From assembly GCF_009914755.1 (NCBI RefSeq), contig NC_060926.1: a DNA stretch of 64,000 nucleotides. One strand, 5' to 3'. The DNA is from the human T2T-CHM13v2.0 reference genome, Homo sapiens. This document shows, piece after piece, positions 25,501-38,000 of this stretch (its first letter is position 1; each line of letters begins with the position of its first letter). The position numbers were made by a program, and so were the translations under genes. A model generated the notes under the pieces. The model was not told the DNA's origin, ran no database searches, and saw only the letters and a program-made list of their open reading frames with translations.

Positions 25501-28500
25501 ACATTTGGAGCGCTCTCAGGACTACGGTGAAAAAGGAAGTATCTTCCAATAAAAGCTAGATAGAAGCAATGTCAGAAACTTTTTCATGATGTATCTACTC
25601 AGCAAACAGAGTTGAACCTTTCTTTTGAGAGAGCAGTTTTGAAACACTCTTTTTGTGGAATCTGCAAGTGGATATTTGTCTAGCTTTGAGGATTTCGTTG
25701 GAAACGGGATTACATATAAAAAGCAGACAGCAGCATTCCCAGAAACTTCTTTGTGATGTTTGCATTCAAGTCACACAGTTGAACATTCCCTTTCATAGAG
25801 CAGGTTTGAAACACTCTTTTTGTAGTATCTGTATGTGGACATTTGGAGCGCTTTCAGGTCTATGGTGAAAAAGGAAATATCTTCCCCTGAAAACTAGACA
25901 GAAGCATTCTCAGAAACTTATTTGTGATGTGCGCCCTCAACTAACACTGTTGAACCTTTCTTTTGATAGAGCAGTTTTGAAACACTCTTTTTGTAATATC
26001 TGCAAGAGGATATTTGGATAGCTTTGAGGATTTCGTTGGAAACGGGATTGTCTTCATATAAACTCTAGACAGAAGCATTCTCAGAAGCTTCATTGGGATG
26101 TTTCAATTGAAGTCACAGTGTTGAACAGTCCCTTTCATAGAGCAGGTTTGAAACACTCTTTTTGTAGTATCTGGAAGTGGACATTTGGAGAGATCTCAGG
26201 AATACGGTGATAAAGGAAATATCTTCCAATAAAAGCTAGATAGAAGCAATGTCAGAAACTTTTTCATGACGTATCTACTCAGCTAACAGAGTTGAACCTT
26301 TCTTTTGAGAGAGCAGTTTTGAAACACTCTTTTTGTGGAATCTGCAAGTGGATATTTGTCTAGCTTTGAGGATTTCGTTTGAAACGGGATTACATATAAA
26401 AAGCAGACAGCAGCATTCCCAGAAACTTCTTTGTGAAGTTTGCATTGAAGTCACAGAGTTGAACATTCCCTTTCATAGAGCAGGTTTGAAACACTCTTTT
26501 TGTAGTATCTGTATGTGGACATTTGGAGCGCTTTCAGGCCTATGGTGAAAAAGGAAATATCTTCCCCTGAAAACTAGACAGAAGCATTCTCAGAAACTTA
26601 TTTGTGATGTGCGCCCTCAACTAACAGTGTTGAAGCTTTCTTTTGATAGAGCAGTTTTGAAACACTCTTTTTGTAATATCTGCAAGAGGATATTTGGATA
26701 GCTTTGAGGATTTCGTTGGAAACGGGATTGTGTTCATATAAACTCTAGACAGAAGCATTCTCAGAAGCTTCATTGGGATGTTTCAATTGAAGTCACAGTG
26801 TTGAACAGTCCCTTTCATAGAGCAGGTTTGAAACACTCTTTTTGTAGTATCTGGAAGTGGACATTTGGAGCGCTCTCAGGACTACGGTGATAAAGGAAAT
26901 ATCTTCCAATAAAAGCTAGATAGAAGCAATGTCAGAAACTTTTTCATGATGTATCTACTCAGCTAACAGAGTTGAACCTTTCTTTTGAGAGAGCAGTTTT
27001 GAAACACTCTTTTTGTGGAATCTGCAAGTGGATATTTGTCTAGCTTTGAGGATTTCGTTGGAAACGGGATTACATATAAAAACCAGACAGCAGCATTCCC
27101 AGAATCTTCTTTGTGATGTTTGCATTCAAGTCACAGAGTTGAACATTCCCTTTCATAGAGCAGGTTTGAAACACTCTTTTTGTAGTATCTGGATGTGGAC
27201 ATTTGGAGCGCTTTCAGGCCTATGGTGAAAACGGAAATATCTTCCCCTGAAAACTAGACAGAAGCATTCTCAGAATCTTATTTGTGATGTGCGCCCTCAA
27301 CTAACAGTGTTGAAGCTTTCTTTTGATAGAGCAGTTTTGAAACACTCTTTTTGTAAAATCTGCAAGAGGATATTTGGATAGCTTTGAGGATTTCGTTGGA
27401 AACGGGATTGTCTTCATATAAACTCCAGACAGAAGCATTCTCAGAAGCTTCATTGGGATGTTTCAGTTGAAGTCACAGTGTTGAACAGTCCCTTTCATAG
27501 AGCAGGTTTGAAACACTCTTTTTGTAGTATCTGGAAGTGGACATTTGGAGCGCTCTCAGGACTGCGGTGAAAAAGGAAATATCTTCCAATAAAAGCTAGA
27601 TAGAAGCAATGTCAGAAACTTTTTCATGATGTATCTACTCAGCTAACAGAGTTGAACCTTCCTTTGAGAGAGCAGTTTTGAAACACTCTTTTTGTGGAAT
27701 CTGCAAGTGGATATTTGTCTAGCTTTGAGGATTGCGTTGGAAACGGGATTACATATAAAAAGCAGACAGCAGCATTCCCAGAAACTTCTTTGTGATGTTT
27801 GCATTCAAGTCACAGAGTTGAACATTCCCTTTCATAGAGCAGGTTTGAAACACTCTTTTTGTAGTATCTGGATGTGGACATTTGGAGCGCTTTCAGGCCT
27901 ATGGTGAAAAAGGAAATATCTTCCCCTGAAAACTAGACAGAAGCATTCTCAGAATCTTATTTGTGATGTGCGCCCTCAACTAACAGTGTTGAAGCTTTCT
28001 TTTGATAGAGCAGTTTTGAAACACTCTTTTTGTAAAATCTGCAAGAGGATATTTGGATAGCTTTGAGGATTTCGTTGGAAACGGGATTGTCTTCATATAA
28101 ACTCTAGACAGAAGCATTCTCAGAAGCTTCATTGGGATGTTTCAATTGAAGTCACAGTGTTGAACAGTCCCTTTCATAGAGCAGGTTTGAAACACTCTTT
28201 TTGTAGTATCTGGAAGTGGACATTTGGAGCGCTCTCAGGACTGCGGTTAAAAAGGAAATATCTTCCAATAAAAGCTACATAGAAGCAATGTCAGAATCTT
28301 TTTCATGATGTGTCTACTCAGCTAACAGAGTTGAACCTTCCTTTGAGAGAGCAGTTTTGAAACACTCTTTTTGTGGAATCTGCAAGTGGATATTTGTCTA
28401 GCTTTGAGGATTTCGTTGGAAACGGGATTACATATAAAAAGCAGACAGCAGCATTCCCAGAAACTTCTTTGTGATATTTGCATTCAAGTCACAGAGTTGA

Positions 28501-31500
28501 ACATTCCCTTTCATAGAGCAGGTTTGAAACACTCTTTTTATAGTATCTGGATGTGGACATTTGGAGCGCTTTCAGGCCTATGGTGAAAAAGGAAATATAT
28601 TCTCCTGAAAACTAGACAGAAGCATTCTCAGAATCTTATTTGTGATGTGCGCCCTCAACTAACAGTGTTGAAGCTTTCTTTTGATAGAGCAGTTTTGAAA
28701 CACTCTTTTTGTAAAATCTGCAAGAGGATATTTGGATAGCTTTGAGGATTTCGTTGGAAACGGGATTGTCTTCATATAAACTCTAGACAGAAGCATTCTC
28801 AGAAGCTTCATTGGGATGTTTCAATTGAAGTCACAGTGTTGAACAGTCCCTTTCATAGAGCAGGTTTGAAACACTCTTTTTGTAGTATCTGGAAGTGGAC
28901 ATTTGGAGCGCTCTCAGGACTACGGTGAAAAAGGAAGTATCTTCCAATAAAAGCTAGATAGAAGCAATGTCAGAAACTTTTTCATGATGTATCTACTCAG
29001 CAAACAGAGTTGAACCTTTCTTTTGAGAGAGCAGTTTTGAAACACTCTTTTTGTGGAATCTGCAAGTGGATATTTGTCTAGCTTTGAGGATTTCGTTGGA
29101 AACGGGATTACATATAAAAAGCAGACAGCAGCATTCCCAGAAACTTCTTTGTGATGTTTGCATTCAAGTCACACAGTTGAACATTCCCTTTCATAGAGCA
29201 GGTTTGAAACACTCTTTTTGTAGTATCTGTATGTGGACATTTGGAGCGCTTTCAGGTCTATGGTGAAAAAGGAAATATCTTCCCCTGAAAACTAGACAGA
29301 AGCATTCTCAGAAACTTATTTGTGATGTGCGCCCTCAACTAACACTGTTGAACCTTTCTTTTGATAGAGCAGTTTTGAAACACTCTTTTTGTAATATCTG
29401 CAAGAGGATATTTGGATAGCTTTGAGGATTTCGTTGGAAACGGGATTGTCTTCATATAAACTCTAGACAGAAGCATTCTCAGAAGCTTCATTGGGATGTT
29501 TCAATTGAAGTCACAGTGTTGAACAGTCCCTTTCATAGAGCAGGTTTGAAACACTCTTTTTGTAGTATCTGGAAGTGGACATTTGGAGAGATCTCAGGAA
29601 TACGGTGATAAAGGAAATATCTTCCAATAAAAGCTAGATAGAAGCAATGTCAGAAACTTTTTCATGACGTATCTACTCAGCTAACAGAGTTGAACCTTTC
29701 TTTTGAGAGAGCAGTTTTGAAACACTCTTTTTGTGGAATCTGCAAGTGGATATTTGTCTAGCTTTGAGGATTTCGTTTGAAACGGGATTACATATAAAAA
29801 GCAGACAGCAGCATTCCCAGAAACTTCTTTGTGAAGTTTGCATTGAAGTCACAGAGTTGAACATTCCCTTTCATAGAGCAGGTTTGAAACACTCTTTTTG
29901 TAGTATCTGTATGTGGACATTTGGAGCGCTTTCAGGCCTATGGTGAAAAAGGAAATATCTTCCCCTGAAAACTAGACAGAAGCATTCTCAGAAACTTATT
30001 TGTGATGTGCGCCCTCAACTAACAGTGTTGAAGCTTTCTTTTGATAGAGCAGTTTTGAAACACCCTTTTTGTAATATCTGCAAGAGGATATTTGGATAGC
30101 TTTGAGGATTTCGTTGGAAACGGGATTGTCTTCATATAAACTCTAGACAGAAGCATTCTCAGAAGCTTCATTGGGATGTTTCAATTGAAGTCACAGTGTT
30201 GAACAGTCCCTTTCATAGAGCAGGTTTGAAACACTCTTTTTGTAGTATCTGGAAGTGGACATTTGGAGCGCTCTCAGGACTACGGTGATAAAGGAAATAT
30301 CTTCCAATAAAAGCTAGATAGAAGCAATGTCAGAAACTTTTTCATGATGTATCTACTCAGCTAACAGAGTTGAACCTTTCTTTTGAGAGAGCAGTTTTGA
30401 AACACTCTTTTTGTGGAATCTGCAAGTGGATATTTGTCTAGCTTTGAGGATTTCGTTGGAAACGGGATTACATATAAAAACCAGACAGCAGCATTCCCAG
30501 AATCTTCTTTGTGATGTTTGCATTCAAGTCACAGAGTTGAACATTCCCTTTCATAGAGCAGGTTTGAAACACTCTTTTTGTAGTATCTGGATGTGGACAT
30601 TTGGAGCGCTTTCAGGCCTATGGTGAAAAAGGAAATATCTTCCCCTGAAAACTAGACAGAAGCATTCTCAGAATCTTATTTGTGATGTGCGCCCTCAACT
30701 AACAGTGTTGAAGCTTTCTTTTGATAGAGCAGTTTTGAAACACTCTTTTTGTAAAATCTGCAAGAGGATATTTGGATAGCTTTGAGGATTTCGTTGGAAA
30801 CGGGATTGTCTTCATATAAACTCCAGACAGAAGCATTCTCAGAAGCTTCATTGGGATGTTTCAGTTGAAGTCACAGTGTTGAACAGTCCCTTTCATAGAG
30901 CAGGTTTGAAACACTCTTTTTGTAGTATCTGGAAGTGGACATTTGGAGCGCTCTCAGGACTGCGGTGAAAAAGGAAATATCTTCCAATAAAAGCTAGATA
31001 GAAGCAATGTCAGAAACTTTTTCATGATGTATCTACTCAGCTAACAGAGTTGAACCTTCCTTTGAGAGAGCAGTTTTGAAACACTCTTTTTGTGGAATCT
31101 GCAAGTGGATATTTGTCTAGCTTTGAGGATTGCGTTGGAAACGGGATTACATATAAAAAGCAGACAGCAGCATTCCCAGAAACTTCTTTGTGATGTTTGC
31201 ATTCAAGTCACACAGTTGAACATTCCCTTTCATAGAGCAGGTTTGAAACACTCTTTTTGTAGTATCTGGATGTGGACATTTGGAGCGCTTTCAGGCCTAT
31301 GGTGAAAAAGGAAATATCTTCCCCTGAAAACTAGACAGAAGCATTCTCAGAATCTTATTGGTGATGTGCGCCCTCAACTAACAGTGTTGAAGCTTTCTTT
31401 TGATAGAGCAGTTTTGAAACACTCTTTTTGTAAAATCTGCAAGAGGATATTTGGATAGCTTTGAGGATTTCGTTGGAAACGGGATTGTCTTCATATAAAC

Positions 31501-34500
31501 TCTAGTCAGAAGCATTCTCAGAAGCTTCATTGGGATGTTTCAATTGAAGTCACAGTGTTGAACAGTCCCTTTCATAGAGCAGGTTTGAAACACTCTTTTT
31601 GTAGTATCTGGAAGTGGACATTTGGAGCGCTCTCAGGACTGCGGGGAAAAAGGAAATATCTTCCAATAAAAGCTACATAGAAGCAATGTCAGAATCTTTT
31701 TCATGATGTGTCTACTCAGCTAACAGAGTTGAACCTTCCTTTGAGAGAGCAGTTTTGAAACACTCTTTTTGTGGAATCTGCAAGTGGATATTTGTCTAGC
31801 TTTGAGGATTTCGTTGGAAACGGGATTACATATAAAAAGCAGACAGCAGCATTCCCAGAAACTTCTTTGTGATGTTTGCATTCAAGTCACAGAGTTGAAC
31901 ATTCCCTTTCATAGAGCAGGTTTGAAACACTCTTTTTGTAGTATCTGGATGTGGACATTTGGAGCGCTTTCAGGCCTATGGTGAAAAAGGAAATATCTTC
32001 CCCTGAAAACTAGACAGAAGCATTCTCAGAATCTTATTTGTGATGTGCGCCCTCAACTAACAGTGTTGAAGCTTTCTTTTGATAGAGCAGTTTTGAAACA
32101 CTCTTTTTGTAAAATCTGCAAGAGGATATTTGGATAGCTTTGAGGATTTCGTTGGAAACGGGATTGTCTTCATATAAACTCTAGACAGAAGCATTCTCAG
32201 AAGCTTCATTGGGATGTTTCAATTGAAGTCACAGTGTTGAACAGTCCCTTTCATAGAGCAGGTTTGAAACACTCTTTTTGTAGTATCTGGATGTGGACAT
32301 TTCGAGCGCTTTCAGGCCTATGGTGAAAAAGGAAATATCTTCCCCTGAAAACTAGACAGAAGCATTCTCAGAAACTTATTTGTGATGTGCGCCCTCAACT
32401 AACAGTGTTGAAGCTTTCTTTTGATAGAGCAGTTTTGAAACACTCTATTTGTGGAATCTGCACGTGGATATTTGTCTAGCTTTGAGGATTTCGTTGGAAA
32501 CGGGATTACATATAAAAAGCAGACAGCAGCATTCCCAGAATCTTCTTTGTGATGTTTGCATTCAAGTCACAGAGTTGAACATTCCCTTTCATAGAGCAGG
32601 TTTGAAACACTCTTTTTATAGTATCTGGATGTGGACATTTGGAGCGCTTTCAGGCCTATGGTGAAAAAGGAAATATATTCTCCTGAAAACTAGACAGAAG
32701 CATTCTCAGAATCTTATTTGTGATGTGCGCCCTCAACTAACAGTGTTGAAGCTTTCTTTTGATAGAGCAGTTTTGAAACACTCTTTTTGTAAAATCTGCA
32801 AGAGGATATTTGGATAGCTTTGAGGATTTCGTTGGAAACGGGATTGTCTTCATATAAACTCTAGACAGAAGCATTCTCAGAAGCTTCATTGGGATGTTTC
32901 AATTGAAGTCACAGTGTTGAACAGTCCCTTTCATAGAGCAGGTTTGAAACACTCTTTTTGTAGTATCTGGAAGTGGACATTTGGAGCGCTCTCAGGACTA
33001 CGGTGAAAAAGGAAGTATCTTCCAATAAAAGCTAGATAGAAGCAATGTCAGAAACTTTTTCATGATGTATCTACTCAGCAAACAGAGTTGAACCTTTCTT
33101 TTCAGAGAGCAGTTTTGAAACACTCTTTTTGTGGAATCTGCAAGTGGATATTTGTCTAGCTTTGAGGATTTCGTTGGAAACGGGATTACATATAAAAAGC
33201 AGACAGCAGCATTCCCAGAAACTTCTTTGTGATATTTGCATTCAAGTCACAGAGTTGAACATTCCCTTTCATAGAGCAGGTTTGAAACACTCTTTTTGTA
33301 GTATCTGGATGTGGACATTTGGAGCGCTTTCAGGCCTATGGTGAAAACGGAAATATCTTCCCCTGAAAACTAGACAGAAGCATTCTCAGAATCTTATTTG
33401 TGATGTGCGCCCTCAACTAACAGTGTTGAATCTTTCTTTTGATAGAGCAGTTTTGAAACACTCTTTTTGTAAAATCTGCAGGAGGATATTTGGATAGCTT
33501 TGAGGATTTCGTTGGAAACGGGATTGTCTTCATATAAACTCTAGACAGAAGCATTCTCAGAAGCTTCATTGGGATGATTCAGTTGAAGTCACAGTGTTGA
33601 ACAGTCCCTTTCATAGAGCAGGTTTGAAACACTCTTTTTGTAGTATCTGGAAGTGGACATTTGGAGTGCTCTCAGGACTGCGGTGAAAAAGGAAGTATCT
33701 TCCAATAAAAGCTACATAGAAGCAATGTCAGAAACTTTTTCGTGAAGTATCTACTAAGCTAACAGAGTTGAACCTTTCCTTTGAGAGAGCAGTTTTGAAA
33801 CACTCTTTTTGTGGAATCTGCAAGTGGATATTTGTCTAGCTTTGAGGATTTCGTTGGAAACGGGAATACATATAAAAAGCAGACAGCAGCATTCCCAGTA
33901 ACTTCTTTCTGATGTTTGCATTCAAGTCACAGAGTTGAACATTCCCTTTCATAGAGCAGGTTTGAAACACTCTTTTTGTAGTATCTGGATGTGGACATTT
34001 GGAGCGCTTTCAGGCCTATGGTGAAAAAGGAAATATCTTCCCCTGAAAACTAGACAGAAGCATTCTCAGAAACTTATTTGTGATGTGCGCCCTCAACTAA
34101 CAGTGTTGAAGCTTTCTTTTGATAGAGCAGTTTTGAAACACTCTTTTTGTAATATCTGCAAGAGGATATTTGGATAGCTTTGAGGATTTCGTTGGAAACG
34201 GGATTGTCTTCATATAAACTCTAGACAGAAGCATTCCCAGAAGCTTCATTGGGATGTTTCAATTGAAGTCACAGTGTTGAACAGTTCCTTTCATAGAACA
34301 GGTTTGAAACACTCTTTTTGTAGTATCTGGAAGTGGACATTTGGAGTGCTCTCAGGACTGTGGTGAAAAAGGAAATATCTTCCAATAAAAGCTACATAGA
34401 AGCAATGTCAGAAACTTTTTCATGATGTATCTACTCAGCTAACAGAGTTGAACCTTTCCTTTGAGAGAGCAGTTTTGAAACACTCTTTTTGTGGAATCTG

Positions 34501-34740
34501 CAAGTGGATATTTGTCTAGCTTTGAGGATTTCGTTGGAAACGGGAATACATATAAAAAGCAGACAGCAGCATTCCCAGTAACTTCTTTCTGATGTTTGCA
34601 TTCAAGTCACAGAGTTGAACATTCCCTTTCATAGAGCAGGTTTGAAACACTCTTTTTGTAGTATCTGGATGTGGACATTTGGAGCGCTTTCAGGCCTATG
34701 GTGAAAAAGGAAATATCTTCCCCTGAAAACTAGACAGAAG

Positions 34741-35078
34741 CATTCTCAGAAACTTATTTGTGATGTGCGCCCTCAACTAACAGTGTTGAACCTTTCTTTT
34801 GATAGAGCAGTTTTGAAACACTCTTTTTGTAATATCTGCAAGAGGATATTTGGATAGCTTTGAGGATTTCGTTGGAAACGGGATTACATATAAAAAGCAG
34901 ACAGCAGCATTCCCAGAATCTTGTTTGTGATGTTTGCATTCAAGTCACAGAGTTGAACATTCCCTTTCAGAGAGCAGGTTTGAAACACTCTTTTTATAGT
35001 ATCTGGATGGGGACATTTGGAGCGCTTTCAGGCCTATGGTGAAAAAGGAAATATCTTCTCCTGTAAACTAGACAGAAG
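34741..35078 (+). repeat. 338-bp dimer structural variant (1/3 + 4)
   Basis: Monomer 1 runs through the box into TTACATATAAAAAGC; the following monomer 4 has GAATCTTGTTTG and TTTCAGAGAG. Confidence 0.9.
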
Positions 35079-38000
35079 CATTCTCAGAATCTTATTTGTG
35101 ATGTGCGCCCTCAACTAACAGTGTTGAAGCTTTCTTTTGATAGAGCAGTTTTGAAACACTCTTTTCGTAAAATCTGCAAGAGGATATTTTGATAGCTTTG
35201 AGGATTTCGTTGGAAACGGGATTGTCTTCATATAAACTCTAGACAGAAGCATTCTCAGAAGCTTCATTGGGATGTTTCAATTGAAGTCACAGTGTTGAAC
35301 AGTACCTTTCATAGAGCAGGTTTGAAACACTCTTTTTGTAGTATCTGGAAGTGGACATTTGGAGAGATCTCAGGAATACGGTGATAAAGGAAATATCTTC
35401 CAATAAAAGCTACATAGAAGCAATGTCAGAAACTTTTTCATGATGTATCTACTCAGCTAACAGAGTTGAACCTTTCTTTTGAGAGAGCAGTTTTGAAACA
35501 CTCTTTTTGTGGAATCTGGAAGTGGATATTTGTCTAGCTTTGAGGATTTCGTTGGAAACGGGATTACATATAAAAAGCAGACAGCAGCATTCCCAGTAAC
35601 TTCTTTGTGATGTTTGCATTCAAGTCACAGAGTTGAACATTCCCTTTCATAGAGGAGGTTTGAAACACTCTTTTTGTAGTATCTGGATGTGGACATTTGG
35701 AGCGCTTTCAGGCCTATGGTGAAAAAGGAAATATCTTCCCCAGAAAACTAGACAGAAGCATTCTCAGAATCTTATTTGTGATGTGGGCCCTCAACTAACA
35801 GTGTTGAAGCTTTCTTTTGATAGAGCAGTTTTGAAACACTCTTTTCGTAAAATCTGCAAGAGGATATTTTGATAGCTTTGAGGATTACGTTGGAAACGGG
35901 ATTGTCTTCATATAAACTCTAGACAGAAGCATTCTCAGAAGCTTCATTGGGATGTTTCAATTCAAGTCACAGTGTTGAACAGTCCCTTTCATAGAGCAGG
36001 TTTGAAACACTCTTTTTGTAGTATCTGGAAGTGGACATTTGGAGCGCTCTCAGGACTGCGGTGAAAAAGGAAATATCTTCCAATAAAAGCTAGATAGAAG
36101 CAATGTCAGAAACTTTTTCATGATGTATCTACTCAGCTAACAGAGTTGAACCTTCCTTTGAGAGAGCAGTTTTGAAACACTCTTTTTGTGGAATCTGCAA
36201 GTGGATATTTGTCTAGCTTTGAGGATTTCGTTGGAAACGGGTTACATATAAAAAGCAGACAGCAGCATTCCCAGAAACTTCTTTGGGTTGTTTGCTTTCA
36301 AGTCACAGAGTTGAACATTCCCTTTCATAGAGCAGGTTTGAAACACTCTTTTTGTGGTATCTGGATGTGGACATTTGCAGCGCTTTCAGGCATAAGGTGA
36401 AAAAGGAAATATCTTCCCCTGAAAACTAGACAGAAGCATTCTCAGAAACTTATTTGTGATGTGCGCCCTCAACTAACAGTGTTGAAGCTTTCTTTTGATA
36501 GAGCAGTTTTGAAACACTCTTTTTGTAATATCTGCAAGAGGATATTTGGATAGCTTTGAGGATTTCGTTGGAAACGGGATTGTCTTCATATAAACTCTAG
36601 ACAGAAGCATTCTCAGAAGCTTCATTGGGATGTTTCAATTGAAGTTGCAGTGTTGAACAGTCCCTTTCATAGAGGAGGTTTGAAACACTCTTTTTGTAGT
36701 ATCTGGATGTGGACATTTGGAGCGCTTCCAGGCCTATGGTTTAAAAGGAAATATCTTCCCCTGAAAACTAGACAGAAGCATTCTCAGAAACTTATTTGTG
36801 ATGTGCGCCCTCAAGTAAGAGTGTTGAAGCATTCTTTTGATAGAGCAGTTTTGAAACACTCTTTTTGTGGAATCTGCAAGTGGATATTTGTCTAGCTTTG
36901 AGGATTTCGTTGGAAACGGGATTACATATAAAAAGCAGACAGCAGCATTCCCAGAAACTTCTTTGTGATGTTTGCATTCAAGTCACACAGTTGAACATTC
37001 CCTTTCATAGAGCAGGTTTGAAACACTCTTTTTGTAGTATCTGGATGTGGACATTTGCAGCGCTTTCAGGCCTATGGTGAAAAAGGAAATATCTTCCCCT
37101 GAAAACTAGACAGAAGCATTCTCAGAAACTTATTTGTGATGTGCGCCCTCAACTAACAGTGTTGAAGCTTTCTTTTGATAGAGCAGTTTTGAAACACTCT
37201 TTTCGTAAAATCTGCAAGAGGATATTTGGATAGCTTTGAGGATTTCGTTGGAAACGGGATTGTCTTCATATAAACTCTAGACAGAAGCATTCTCAGAAGC
37301 TTCATTGGGATGTTTCAATTGAAGTCACAGTGCTGAACAGTCCCTTTCATAGAGCAGGTTTGAAACACTCTTTTTGTAGTATCTGGATGTGGACATTTGG
37401 AGCGCTTTCAGGCCTATGGTTTAAAAGGAAATATCTTCCCCTGAAAACTAGACAGAAGCATTCTCAGAAACTTATTTGTGATGTGCGCCCTCAACTAACA
37501 GTGTTGAAGCATTCTTTTGATAGAGCAGTTTTGAAACACTCTTTTTGTGGAATCTGCAAGTGGATATTTGTCTAGCTTTGAGGATTTCGTTGGAAACGGG
37601 ATTACATATAAAAAGCAGACAGCAGCATTCCCAGAAACTTCTTTGTGATGTTTGCATTCAAGTCACAGAGTTGAACATTCCCTTTTATAGAGCAGGTTTG
37701 AAACACTCTTTTTGTAGTATCTGGATGTGGACATTTGGAGCGCTTTCAGGCCTATGGTGAAAAAGGAAATATCTTCCCCTGAAAACTAGACAGAAGCATT
37801 CTCAGAAACTTATTTGTGATGTGCGCCCTCAACTAACAGTGTTGAACCTTTCTTTTGATAGAGCAGTTTTGAAACACTCTTTTTGTAATATCTGCAAGAG
37901 GATATTTGGATAGCTTTGAGGATTTCTTTGGAAACGGGATTGTCTTCATATAAACTCTAGACAGAAGCATTCTCAGAAGCTTCATTGGGATGTTTCAATT

